Assembly (NCBI GenBank): GCA_964106645.2
Contig: OZ067051.1
From: Podarcis pityusensis
Lineage: Eukaryota
Length of the DNA stretch: 64,000 nucleotides
Reading direction: 5' to 3' (one strand)
In this document: positions 27,236 to 40,058 of the stretch, one piece after another
How positions within the stretch are numbered: position 1 is the stretch's first letter
How the letters are laid out: every line of letters begins with the position of its first letter
Notes under the pieces: generated by a model
What the model was told of the DNA's origin: nothing
Seen by the model: only the letters and a program-made list of their open reading frames with translations
Database searches by the model: none
Program-made: the position numbers and the translations under genes

Positions 27236-30127
27236 AACAAATTCACAGAAGCTGGTAGGACTGGGTACGTGTTCCAATGTGGGTCAAAATCAGATGTTCG
27301 GTCATTGGGTCTGTGAAGATGGATCTAAAGTGGTGCTCCCAGATATTGTGCTGAGACACAATGATTTGGCACTCAGGATCAAGAGCATAAACCTCTTGAA
27401 AGCGGCTGCTAGGTGGTTCATTTAAGAGTTGTATGCTTTTAGGATCCACCCCATTTTTGTGATTGTACTTTGTTTTAAAACAGTTTGTAATGTTGTATTC
27501 TAGATTATTTTAACATACTATTACTAATTATTTACTGGAGTAACAACCCCCGAATGTGGATGCTAGAATTAGCCCTAATGGAAGAGGCACTTGCAGAACA
27601 AAGCATTAAACACTCTCCCTAAACCCAGAGGGAAGATCTGTAATCCAGATTCAACTATAATTAGTTTTCTTCTCGTTGTATTTTAATTATTTTATATTGA
27701 AAACTACATTGAAAGACAGCCATGGGCAAGTAAGCTGGTTGTAAATTTTTGAACACTACAATATTTCTGGGCATATGAGAATTGCCATCTGTAGCCACTG
27801 GGGTTTCAGGGGAGAGAGTCTGTTTTAATTCTAGGAAATCAAGATAATGACACAAGTTCTTCCTGATTTGTGAGGCTATTTTTAGATAAATATGAGGCTG
27901 GTGTGCTCTGAGCCTTTTCAGAATTGCATGAAGCCTCCCATGATCCCTCCACTGAAATTTGGGCATATGCTATGCCTGTGTGAGGTGCCACCACTGGCAC
28001 TTGTCAGAAGAATTAAATCTAAAACATGTTTACAGCTCTGCTCTAGTCATCAGGTTCCCTTGAGCTTCATGGCTAGATAGAGTTCTTCTTCCTCTCTTGC
28101 TCTGTGAAGTATTTAATTTCTTTTTTTGTTTTATGTGCGTACTTCTGCTTGCAGGTGCAGGCAAGGAAAAAAAATCACCACATCCAGATGTTCTGAAACA
28201 CCCATCGCATACACAATTCAGATTAAGGAGAAAAATTGCATCAGATAAAAGCTGTATTTCAGATGCTGTTTTCTGCTGAGTAGTTAATAAACCTATCATG
28301 TTTCACTGACAATAAGGCTCTTGGACTTAATTTTCAGAAGTCCAGAAATGTTTTTACACAGCCTTAGGCTGCACTCATTTGTTATTGATTTTGCCACCAT
28401 GTTTCACCCAAAGTGAAGGTGGCCCAATTACATCGACCTCCCTTTTGAATTCTGAAAAGTAGAGAAAGACACATCTTTATCTAGAGATATTACGGTTTCA
28501 GGCATTGGTACAGCTACCACGTACTGAGCTGTCGCAGCTCATTACTGAATTAGTTCGACCCCGGGGAGCTTGGCTGAGATTCTGTCTCATGCTCAGAGAC
28601 TGATGCTGCGTTTAAACAAAGAAAAATATGCACTATGTGCCACATAGTTCAAATATTTGAAATAATGTTCTGGTCTGCCAGCAGCAGTTACATTACTGAG
28701 CTCTCTAATCTCATCTTATTAAGCACAAGTTTTCCACGGCGTTTCCACCTAGGAGGGGGAATGAGCGGTGCAGGGCACACGGCCGCAGCCCCTACACCCG
28801 AATCAAAACGGGGCATACTCCACTGGGACACCTCCCTGCACAAACTTCCATGATACAAATCCCACTTATTCCAGTTAGAGAACATTCCAGGGGATAGCGC
28901 CACATGGGCTGGTCCTGTTAGTCTTCTGCTCTACCACCCGCCAATGCCCAAAGACCCACTGTGCCAGAGTTGGCTGCCACACTTTGCCTCCCAAAAATGT
29001 TACCTCTGCATACTCCCAATTCCATGCACAGCTCTTCTCAGGCAGCTGGATGGGGGGGGGGGGGAGAGCCATGATGGGCACAGATTTGTAGCCTGCCAAG
29101 AAAAATATATTGTGTGGTATGTAGGGACTTGTGCATGAAATAACACCCCCAGGCCAGAGTTTCAGTGGACCTGACAGGTCGGCTATTTTTCAGGAAAAGA
29201 AGCCAAAGTGGATGCACAGGCGACGACCCATTTAGGAGCGGCCAAATGATGCATAATCGCAAACACACCTAACCCAGAAGCAGCCCCAAAACGTCATATA
29301 GATGTCACAAGAAGGGGCAGAACAGGCTTATGTGCGCTCTGTTGATGCATGTTGGTATCCAGAATGTATCCCCCGCACAAAATGAGGATTGCCTGTGGTT
29401 GGCTGTTGTGACTCCCACAGAGCCTATCCCACAAAATGTCTCCTCCAAGTGCAAAGGGAAGGCTGACAGAATCATGTAGCTTAGGACAGGACACTGGTCC
29501 AAGCCTCCAAGAGCTCAAAACATGGTGTAACCTAGTTCTTCAGTGGCTGAAACTCCCCACTTTGCTAATACAGTATGGTCATGGCCAAGCTGGTTCAATA
29601 TATGGCAACTCTTGGCCCAGACAGCAAGTTGGAGGGGGAAAGCAGAGAGCATGCAGGAGTTTTCAGTGCTTAAAAAAATGGTGCCTCTAGTGGACTCACC
29701 CCTGGGAGAAAGGACTATGAGAAATTTCTCTCCCACCTGCTGTGCAAGATGAAACAGCTCCACATGCTTCTTTCCACCACTTAAGCTGGTGGAACTTACA
29801 GGAAACTGTAGCATAGGCAGGAGAAGGACCCATGAGAAGAGAGGGATTGCCTCCACTCAGAAAAGCTCACACCTGCCATTAGCGCATAAAACTGAACACT
29901 GTTCCAATGATACATTCACATTTCGTTGCAGTCCGGGGTGTAGTTTAAGGTCTTTTAACTATTTAAACATGGTTTTCCTTCAGTAATTCTGGGGTGGAGA
30001 TGCAAAACAGTTTAATAATAGCCTGGGGGTAAGAAATGAAATGTGAGCAAAACACAAGCTAGCAAAGTGATTAATAAAAACCACACACATGAACAACAAA
30101 ATAATTCATCATATTTTCTTGCAAATA

Positions 30128-30133
30128 TTTAAT
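30128..30133 (-). terminator. Candidate ZNF280D polyadenylation signal ATTAAA
   Basis: About 930 nt past the stop, followed by U/GU-rich sequence on the minus strand. Confidence 0.5.
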
Positions 30134-31063
30134 CCAAAATATGTACATCGGTGTCCTAACGGAAGTTCAAAACATTTATGTTCATTGAAAACAATTCTCA
30201 ACAAGTTCAAAATCACTTTCTGAAAAGATTCATATAGAGCACTTAATTCAGTTTAATACTTAAAAGGCAAGCTACTCTAAATGATGTCACACACATTCCT
30301 TAACCTAACTATGTATAAAAATGATTTTCATGCCATCCCCCACCCCCATGCTTGTTTTACATAAATTTCAACTACGAGTGTATCAATGCCTCTCAGGTCC
30401 TATTCTTTTTGTAACAGTTTACACATTTCCATATTACTTTTTAAACTCTTCCCACCCACCTTGTGTTTTGGGGGCCTGCTGCCAATTAACAAAAATAAAA
30501 ATAAAATGAAGACACAGAGGCCACCACATGCCCTATTTCAAACAAGTAAAGTGTCAGGTTTCTGCACAGCTTGCACACTGGGAAACTCACAACTATATTT
30601 ACTTTTTTAATAATAATTCCACTTTCACTGAAAGTTTAAGAGTAAGCTTATTATCATGTAAGATCACATCAATCCTGAGGTGCCAGACCTTCACACAGTT
30701 TCCTTCCTAGCATGACTTGATGGGACAGGAATGCAACATCAAACCCAAGCGACGGTGGATCAAATGCCCTTTATATAAAAACACTGGTACCCCAAAGTAC
30801 TACAAAGACTGTGGCCCCTATCGGGATCTTACTTTGAATCAAATAAATAACATGTCTCCCTCTTGGCTTCACGGGTTGGGTCACTGCAGGCAATGGTTCT
30901 GGCTTCTGACAGCTCTTTCATATCAGAGGGTCTAATATCTCATTTGTCACTGAGCTTCGGCAGTATTACATAGTCCATGGTTCTGTTTCCCCACTTTCTT
31001 TCCCAATTGGCACCTGTAGGAGTATACACAGCAATTGGTTCAAAGTGATGCAAATATTCTGCT

Positions 31064-33359
31064 TCAGCTTGCTTCATCACTCTCTTCTGCCTGGCTTACT
31101 GGTGACTCCACAGGGCTAGCAGGGCTGCTCTCTTCAGAATCAGCAGAATCCTCTAGTTCAGAACCTGGCTCAGCCTTCTTTGCTGAAGGTGGAACGCCAC
31201 CTTTCTGGAGAATCTCTGTAGCTTCATATTCAAGGACCTCTGATGGTGTCAGAGGTTCCAGATGAACACTGCCTTGCTCACTCGCATCAGAATTCACAGA
31301 TTCAGGTTCACTTCTCCTCAGAAACTGTTCAAAACTGACATCTTCATCAGATGCCAATTTTGAGTGGTCAGAATTTATGTCTTCTAGCTCAGCTTCATCC
31401 AAATCAGCCACCTTTGTCTCGGCAGCAAAGACTGCATCCTTTGAACTTTGGAAAGAGTTGGTTTTATTATCTGAAGCTTTGGGGGATTTTCCTTCTTCTA
31501 TCTGATCACTATTACCCAAATCATCAGATTCTGTCCTTTCACAAGAGGTCTCAGTTGAACTGGCTTGGGATCCTGAACAGGAGTCTTTCACAGCTGATAC
31601 AGAAGTACTTTCTTTATGCTCATCAGTTTGATTTTCAAGATGGTCCTTTGAAGCATCTTCTGCAGAGCCTTTTGCACAGACATGGGGTTCTAAAACGGAG
31701 GATTCTTCTCCAGCTGATGGACGTTCTTTACACTTGGCAGCTAAACCTTCATCGCTTTGATCTGCAGGAGTCTCTGCATCTTCATCTTCCATAGGATCTA
31801 TGGGATCATTTGACCAGTCTGAGAGTCCTGAACCAGAGAGGTTTCCTAGAACCAAAGTCGATGTACTTTCTTCACACTCAGCTGCTGAATAACATTCACT
31901 GTCCTGATTTGCAAGGCTGCCTACTGTGTCTTTGCTCACAGGGTCTATGGAGTCATTTGAGGAGGCTGCAAATCCTGACTTGGAGTTTTCTAGAACTGAA
32001 GGCAATAGATTTTCTTTAACTTCTTGATTTGCAAGAACTGAAGGCAATGGATTTTCTTTAACATCTTGATTAGCAAGGTTACCTGTCTCTCCTTGTCCTG
32101 AACCGTCTTTTGAGCAGGCTTGAAACCCTGGATCAGAAATGTTTTCTAGACATGGAGATTTCTCTTCTTTGCATTTGGCCACTAAAGGAGCTTCATCTCC
32201 TTGATTTGCAAGGTCAGTTGCAGGGTCCCCTTCTTCTGTAGAGCCTTTTGAACAACTATTATGTTCTGAAATGGAGGAGTCTTCCATGGGTGACACAAGC
32301 ATATTTTCTACACAAGCAGCAGCTAGAAGACCTTCATCAGTTTGATTTGCAATGGCACCCGTGTCCTCTTCTTTTGCAGGATCACTTGAGCTGGCTGAGT
32401 CAAGTCCTGAACCAGAGTTTTCTAGAACCAAAGGCAGTGTGCCTTCTTCACACCCTGCAGCTAGAGGACCGTCATCTTCTTGATTTACAAGGTCAACTGC
32501 AAGGTCCCCTTCTTCTGTAGAGCCTTTTGAACAACTATTATGTTCTGAAATGGAGGAGTCTTCCATGGGTGACACAGGTATCTTTTCTACACAAGCAGCA
32601 GCAGCTAGAAGACCTTCATCAGTTTGATTTGCAATAGCACCTGTGTCCTCTTCTTTTGCAGGATCACTTGAGCTGGCTGAGTCAAGTCCTGAACCAGAGG
32701 AGTTTTCTAGAACCAAAGGCAGTGTGCCTTCTTCACACCCTGCAGCTAGAGGACCATCTCCTTGATTTGCAAGGTCAACCGCAAGGTCCCCTTCTCCTGT
32801 AGAGCCTTTTGAACAAGTCTGATGTTCTGACATGGAGGAGTCTTCCATGGGTGACATAGGCATATTTTCTACACAAGCAGCAGGTAGAGGACCTTCATCA
32901 GTTTGATTTACGAAGCTCTCCATGTCTGTTTTTTCTGCAGGGTTTACTGGGTTATTTGAGTTTTCTAAAACCGGAGATGTTGGATTTTCTTCACACTCAG
33001 CAGCTAAAGAACCGTCTTCATCACCTTGATTTGCAAGGTCATCCGAGTTCCCTTCTCCCAAAGAATCTTTTGAGCATGCTTGGAACACTGGGCCGGTAGT
33101 GTTTTCTGGACATGGAGGTATCTTTTCTTTGAACTCAGCTGTGAAAGGGCTTCCATCCCTTTGATTTCCAAGGCCCTCTGTCTCTCCCCCATCTACAGAG
33201 TCTATGAAGTCATTTGAGCAGGCCTGAAGCTCTGAACCAAGACTGTTTTCTAGAACAGGCAGTTTATTTTCTTCACACTCAACTTCTAAAGAAGCTTCAC
33301 CGCTTTGATTTTCCAGATGGTCCTTATCTGTTTCTTCTGTAGTGTGTTTTATTTCCGGG
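31064..33359 (-). CDS. ZNF280D: ZNF280D terminal exon, about 764 aa acidic repeat tail ending in the conserved SEQGSVHLEPLTPSEVLEYEATEILQKG block
   Basis: ttttttcag acceptor at 33360-61; frame open from 33359 into the 674-aa ORF; C-terminal motif matches recalled ZNF280D. Confidence 0.92.
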
Positions 33360-33578
33360 CTGAAAAAAGCAAATCCAACAGTTTAGTACTTTAAGAAAAC
33401 CTACTGCTTATATTTTAGTAGTGCCTTAAAAAAAAAAACAACCCTTGAAATTAAATAATTCCTCCCTTACTATAAAGCAGTAAGAGCTCAAACCTTAGGA
33501 TAAATTCACCCCACTTTGTCCATTATTGTGCATTAAGACATAGAAAAGAAAGTGAAGGTGAAGAGATGGACTTTAAAA

Positions 33579-33580
33579 CT

Positions 33581-33611
<31 letters not shown>

Positions 33612-33632
33612 CTCTCTCTCTCTCTCTCTCTC
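33579..33632 (+). repeat. (CTTT)n(CT)n microsatellite
   Basis: Read directly. Confidence 0.9.
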
Positions 33633-34105
33633 AAATATGCTCAGGCCCCAACCTTAAAAACAAGTTACAAGGTGAGAGACATCAGCTCAGGCAGTCTTAT
33701 AAACCAAGAGCCAACTCAACCCTCTGAGTGCTGATTCTTATGTAGACAAAAAGGCACCATCCATGAACAAGCATGAGGGAGTCCAAGCATAGGGGGACGA
33801 TGACGACGACGACAACACAAAAGAACTAAATTAGGACTGATCATGCTGAGAAGGCATGGAATGTTTTTCTTTCTTTTCTCGTCATTTTTGGCAGGAGGCA
33901 GGATAGAGAAGGGAAAGAATAAACCAGGAGAAAGGAGTAGATTACCCTGAAAAAGGACATGACTTTCTGGAATCATGAAGAAGAGCAGCATTATAAACTG
34001 CAAAAGGTTGTTGCAAGTTCCCACTTGGGATACTTAATTTGGAGATCAGTTTGGAACTGCAATATATTGGATTCACTTTACCTTGTGAGAAGACACAGTG
34101 CTTAC

Positions 34106-34161
34106 CTTGCAGAGATGGATGTTTCTTTTTGCTCTTCAGGTGCACTGAGCCTTGGAATTTC
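34106..34161 (-). CDS. ZNF280D: ZNF280D small exon (EIPRLSAPEEQKETSISA)
   Basis: cag/gtaagc; phase 0 to 2 fits neighbours. Confidence 0.8.
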
Positions 34162-35051
34162 CTGAAATATACACAATATTATTTTTACAGTGCAATGCAG
34201 CGAGTTTTAGGTATTGCTAAGGAGAAATGAGGGTTTCCAAAAGACAATCTGGGCTCCCAATGAAGAGTGACCTTCAGTGAATATCTAACAAGACTGCATG
34301 CACAAATCTAGGAGGAAACCCCTGTAGAACAACTGGGATCCCAGAAGCTCTTGTAATTATGAGTCTAGAGCTGCAGTAAATGAGAAGATGAAGGAGGAAG
34401 CAGTGGGGACATGCACAGATAACTGGCGATCACACAGGCCCAAAATGTGTGACAAGGACAGAATCAGACAGAGAACCATTTTTTTTCTGGCTGGGAGGGG
34501 AGGGGAGGAATCGTAGCAAAAGAGGAAAGGGGTACATGGCCTCTCAGGAGTTGGGCTTACCAGATGGAGGCATGCCATGCATCCTCATGAAGGTTAGGGA
34601 ACACAAGGTACTACCAGACCTGCTTGCAAAATATCACTTAGCCCTGCAGATTTAAGGAACCCCAGCAGTGCAAGTTCTTCAGATTTCCTTCACTCAGCAA
34701 AGCCAGTAACACCCTAAGCTTTCCAATGATAAAAGCACATTGCTAGCCCACCTTGCTCACCTGCTCCCATCCTATGTATGCCTTCTATTTGAGATTAGTT
34801 TGAAAGAGAGCTTTCTGCAGAGTGTGGATGTGCTGTGGCAACTTCTGCTCCCCACCCACATGGCCAGGGACCATCTGGGATATGGGCATGCTTTTTTCCA
34901 CTCCAAATAGTTCAAGCATTAATATCACACTACATACACAGGAAAGTAGCAGTTGCCCTGTTGAAAGTTGGCTTAATAGACCACTAAATATTTTTTAGTT
35001 ATGAAACCTACCATTTTGAAAATCTAAATTCAGGTTTGAACAATGAATATA

Positions 35052-35276
35052 CAGTGGTACCTCGGGTTAAGTACTTAATTCGTTCCAGAGGTCCGTTCTT
35101 AACCTGAAGCACCACTTTAGCTAATGGGGCCTCCTGCTGCCACCGTGCCGCCGGAGCCCGATTTCTGTTCTTATCCTGAAGCAAAGTTCTTAAGCTGAAG
35201 CACTATTTCTGGCCTAGCGGAGTGTGTAAACTGAAGCATATGTAACCTGAAGTGTATGTAACCCGAGGTACCACTG
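35052..35276. mobile_element. Tc1/mariner (Tigger-like) MITE
   Basis: Perfect TIR CAGTGGTACCTCGGGTTA, TA TSD. Confidence 0.9.
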
Positions 35277-35405
35277 TATACACACTGGAGATTATTATGC
35301 TGCAGATAAATAAAAATAAAGCTACACACACACAAACACACACACTTCTAAATACACTGTAGGAGCATGCGAGTTCAAAAGGTTGAGAACACAAATGTAC
35401 ACTAC

Positions 35406-35454
35406 CTGGGATGTTTCTTCACTTCCACTGTTCAATGATGTATCACTAACCAGG
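35406..35454 (-). CDS. ZNF280D: ZNF280D small exon (LVSDTSLNSGSEETSQ)
   Basis: ttag/gtagtg; phase 2 to 0 fits. Confidence 0.75.
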
Positions 35455-37743
35455 CTAAAGAATGAAACAACATCTGTTATTGTTGGTCAATTTTTAATTA
35501 TTTTTTCTTTTGTAAATCACCATGAGTGCTGCTATTGGAATAGAAGGAAAAGGTATGAATTGCTCAAATTAAGTAAATTAATTTCAATTTAAGAGGAAAT
35601 TCCACTCCCCTCTACTGTTTTTCCCATTCAACTTTGGGGCTAAACAAAATCTGACGGGAGCAGCCAGGCTTGTTTAATCCCACCCAATTATATAGAAATG
35701 GGACCAACATGTGAGCAACCAGCATGGCAGCTCCTGTTCACACCTAGGTTAGACTAAGCTTCTTGGGCAAGGCCTGCATTTCCTTTGCCTCTGCATTCTG
35801 TAAAGCACTAATGCCCAGCAACTGCGCTTTCTGAACTGCAAAGTTGTTGCCATTCCTGAACCAATTACCAAAATGCATACCTAAAGGTTCACAGATTTGC
35901 TGTTCTGTGGAAAAAATGGGCTCCCATTTCCCTGCCTATTTTTAACTGAGATGTTCATGGAAAAAGTCTTCCAGCCATAACTCTGCATTTTTGTACCGCA
36001 ATGAAGGGCTTTTCTGTAGTGTTTGCTGATAAATATAGACCTCAATCTATCACTTAAAGGGTAGATTTTTCTGCAAATATTTCCCCAGGGCATACTTCAT
36101 TAGTTATACATTATTTAAATGTATTGACTTCTAAACCACAATAAACAAGCAACTTATCACATCACCATGATTGATTTTCGTATTTTATGCTAGAACAACT
36201 CTACTGTAGAAAGAGCAAGAAGTGCACCTCTCCTATAAAACCTTGTAGACTCGTGATTTTTAACATACAATTTAACCTTGCAAAGGCTTTTGTTTAAAGA
36301 AATTTCTGGTGATTGTATCTTCTTTGTTGATGTGGCACTGAAGTGAATTTTAATCCGCTGAAGTATGGAACTGCACCTCTTACACCCGGGTAGAAATTTT
36401 ATTAATCATGAATTAAATGATTAATGACCCTACTAAGGCTGCAGCAACATACAAGGTACTTGGCATATTAAGGAGCTGCATGTGTTTAGTTATGAGGGCG
36501 AGAGCCAGTGCTAACAGGCTGACATAACTCATTCCATTTTTTGTAACTTTAAAAGGATGTATGTCATTAGCAACCATTTGACAATTATCAAAAGATTCCT
36601 CATAGGTTGGCCTTAAAAGCATATATTTAAAAGTACATCTAACTTCTTGTAATGTCTTATTGATGACTTTAAAATACTACATAGAACCAGCATTACATGT
36701 TCTGCAGAACATGCAAATCACATTTATATTGTGAAACATTGTTTATTGTGAAACATGTTTATTGTTTCTACTACGTAGTGTGGGGAAAACAACCCACCAT
36801 GTGCAAAACATGTTACGTCAAAGCCATATGGAAGGGGAGGGAACTTTTACAATCAATACTGTTACTGAAAGTGACCAGAGAAAAGAGACTTCCTTATCTT
36901 GCATTGCTATATATCAGCTTTGTGGGGAACCCAAGTTGCCAAATGCAACTGATACTCAGAAAGGAGAAACAGGCTTTTATCTGTGCCAGCAGCTGGTCCA
37001 GAGATGCAGCATACAGAAAATATTGTTTTATTTACATTGAAGGTTGATAATTTGTTACTGTGGTTGAAAAAAAAGTATGATAAACTGTCTTATGTTAAAA
37101 CTTGTCTGACATAGCAAAAATGAAATTAAAAAAAATCTGTATATGGGAGACACTAAACATATTTAATTTGACCAACTAAATAAGAATACAAGCTGCTGCA
37201 ACAATGGTAAATTTCACATCCCTCAAACAGGTTAGAACTACAGGAAATAGGTGGGAACTCATTTTTAACAGGGTGTAACAGAAGGCATTTGAACAACCAG
37301 CAACAGGCTCAGGCTAGGCTCGACAACAGCAAACTACTTCTTCATACAAAGCATAATATGCTTTTTGGAACTCACTATCACAAGATAGGAAGGTGGCTAA
37401 CAGTTTCGCTCAGATGGTTTTAAAGGTGGATTTAGACAAATCATGAAGAAGAGCTTTATCAACTGTTACGATTGCTGGCAGAAACGCCAGATTCAGAGAC
37501 GGTGTACCCTGAATGCCAATTGTGGATGGTGGGGGCAGCAGCAGAGAAGGGCTGCTGCCTTCGTGTCCTGCTTTGAGAGGCCCTTTGGGGCATCAGGCTT
37601 GGCCACTCTGGGAAAGAGGAGGCTGAATTAGATGGGCCCCCTTTGGCCTGATGCAGAGGAACTCCACCGGCTTGGGTGGCTGCTTCCTCATTAATAAGGA
37701 TGCATCAGAACACTACAATTTATTAGACAAAGCACTGTAATTA

Positions 37744-38674
37744 CCGTATTTCTCGCTCGATAACACGCACCCGACCATAACACGCATGTAGTTTTTAGAG
37801 GAGGAAAACAAGAAAAAAAATATTCTACACGAAACAGTGGATGTATGATTTTTGTGGTTCATGCTGATCTGATGGTGAGTTTGGGGTAGCCCAATGCAAA
37901 AATCCTGAGGATCCATGTGGATCTATGTTTGTAACCACGTTTTTGCACCACTGCGGCCCCAGGCAACAGTGGGTGCGTGATTTTTTTGGTGCAAACTGTA
38001 GCCATGGATATGCTATGTGATCTGATGGTGAATTTGGGGTGACCCAGTGCAAAAATCCTGAGGATCCATGTGGATCTGTGCTTTGTAACCATGTTTTAAG
38101 TGGGGAGGGAAGGAAAAGCACTCAAGGGACAAGGAGCACGCGTGGAGCAAGCTCTGCTTCTCTCCCTCCTCCTCCCCCCCTTAGCGAGCTGAAAAACTTT
38201 GCTGGAGGGACAGAGAGCCTGCTTGCTTTAAAGGAGCCTACCGGACAGGCTCCTTTAAAGCAAGCAGGTTCTGCTTCTCTCCCTCCCTCCCCCCCCCCCC
38301 CCCCCGCTTAAGCGGCTCCTCTCCCGCTTTGCTCCTTTAAAGCAAGCAGGCTCTGCTTCTCTCCCTCCTCTCCCCCTTAGCGAGCTGAAAATCTTTCCTG
38401 CTATTTCCAGCAAAGCGGGAGAAGAGCCACTGAGTGGGGACGAGAGAGATACAGAGAGCCGAGTGTAAGCGGCTCCTGTCCGGTAGGCTCCTTTAAAGCA
38501 AGCAGGTTCTGCTTCTCTCCCTCCAGGCACTCTGTCCCTCTCTCCTCCCCATTCAGCGGCTCTTCTCCCGCTGGAAACCACGGAGGAGGGAAGCATTCGC
38601 TCTGTAACACGCACAGACATTTCCCCTTACTTTCTAGGAGGAAAAAAATGCATGTAATGGAGCGAAAACTATGG
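37744..38674. mobile_element. Tc1/mariner-type non-autonomous element with internal repeats
   Basis: TA-flanked imperfect TIRs CCGTATTTCTCGCTC / GAGCGAAAACTATGG. Confidence 0.8.
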
Positions 38675-39072
38675 TAGACTTGGGTTGTGATTCCAAAAGA
38701 AGGCACTTTAGGGATGCTAAGCAGAGATTTAACACCCCCCCCCATGAACAACTCACTATCATACACACACTCAAACACATATGCTTCAAATACGGCTTGA
38801 CACACAGTATTGGGGGCTACTATTCGTAAAACATAAACCTTAAGTCCCCAAAAACACTTGAACCAAGTTGCGTGGGTTTTTTTATCCTGGCCTTTGTGTG
38901 TATGTAATAAAGCTTAATAAAAATATTTAAAATGGAATTTGCATTTTTTTTATCTGGAGTACAACCAAACTTGCTTCTGTATCATAGAATAGGTATCTAC
39001 TCTTTGTTTCTATGCTGTAAGACCATCAACACAACCACCCAACTGACAAACAAGCTAATCTCAGAAACTTAC

Positions 39073-39109
39073 TGAGAAAGGTTGTCGGCAACCAGACAGT
39101 CCGAGGGAA
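39073..39109 (-). CDS. ZNF280D: ZNF280D small exon (VPSDCLVADNLS)
   Basis: cag/gtaagt; phase 1 to 2 fits. Confidence 0.8.
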
Positions 39110-39202
39110 CTGGAATTAAAGAGAAGATCAGTAGTGTTAAAAACCAACAAAACGACAACAGGCTAACATCTGGCTTATGTCAGAGGTACATGAGCCACAT
39201 AC

Positions 39203-39321
39203 CATTTTCGATAATCACTTGACAAGTGTGAGTAAGGTTTTCGTTCAAGTGCGTAGCCATATTATCCAAGCCGGAAGCATCAGTCAGGAACTCACAATTA
39301 AGACAAACAAGAGTAACACCC
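39203..39321 (-). CDS. ZNF280D: ZNF280D exon (GVTLVCLNCEFLTDASGLDNMATHL..HTCQV)
   Basis: ZNF280D zinc-finger peptide; tag/gtatgt. Confidence 0.95.
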
Positions 39322-39995
39322 CTAGGGGAAAAAGGAAGAAGTAACCCTGAGTGCAAGGGAGGCAAAAGGTTACAAAAGGCTTCTTCTGACCATGTCATGT
39401 GAAGTCAACCCTGCACTGGACTAATATATACATATAACTCATTACATACTAGCTGGTACACATGTTCGTTCCAAGAATTTCTCATAAGCACTGCATATAT
39501 GAATAATATTATTGGAAAGAACAAGACTACAGAAGGAAAGGTTGTACTTTTTTCGGTAAGCAAAGTTATCAGTGCCCGCCCCTCCCTTGATGGTTTTCCT
39601 TATAACTTCTGGATCTGTGAAATTGCTGATATGTGGAAAAATGGATTCAAAACAACAAATCATGATGATGAGCAAAATTTAGCAAACAAAAGAATCAGTA
39701 TCACATCTCAAAACATCAGAAAAATCAAGAATTTTGGCTTGGATATTAGTTTAGGGTTGTCTCATTTTATGAAGAAAGCGTTGCATTCTGAAAACAAAGC
39801 TTTATATAAGAAATAAAAGTTAGATGGAATCCAGATAACATGCGCACATCTTAAATCCAATTCAGCAGTAACTGAAATTGCAATCTGAAATACACTTGAA
39901 GAGAAAGCCTCATTAGACACAGCGGGACTTATCCAAGGACTGTGATGCATGTTGCAAAAAATGTACACCTTAAAAAAGAAAAAGGAGATGGTTAC

Positions 39996-40058
39996 CTCAG
40001 ATCTTCTGAATGAGTCTTATAAATCCAAAATCGTTTACTCTGTCGAGCACTGTGAAAA
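39996..40058 (-). CDS. ZNF280D: ZNF280D exon (FHSARQSKRFWIYKTHSEDL)
   Basis: Resembles recalled FHSNRPSKRFCIFKKHSENLR; tag/gtaacc. Confidence 0.9.

Noticed and set aside
20000-30000. Possible hidden gene between MNS1 and ZNF280D (e.g. ORFs at 23386 and 23623, Kozak-like gccaccATG at about 28393)
   Set aside because: No phase-consistent exon chain or recognisable peptide; the Kozak ATG stops after four more codons; only TE fragments recognised
31035-32520. + strand ORFs overlapping the ZNF280D tail
   Set aside because: Antisense shadows of the repetitive coding exon
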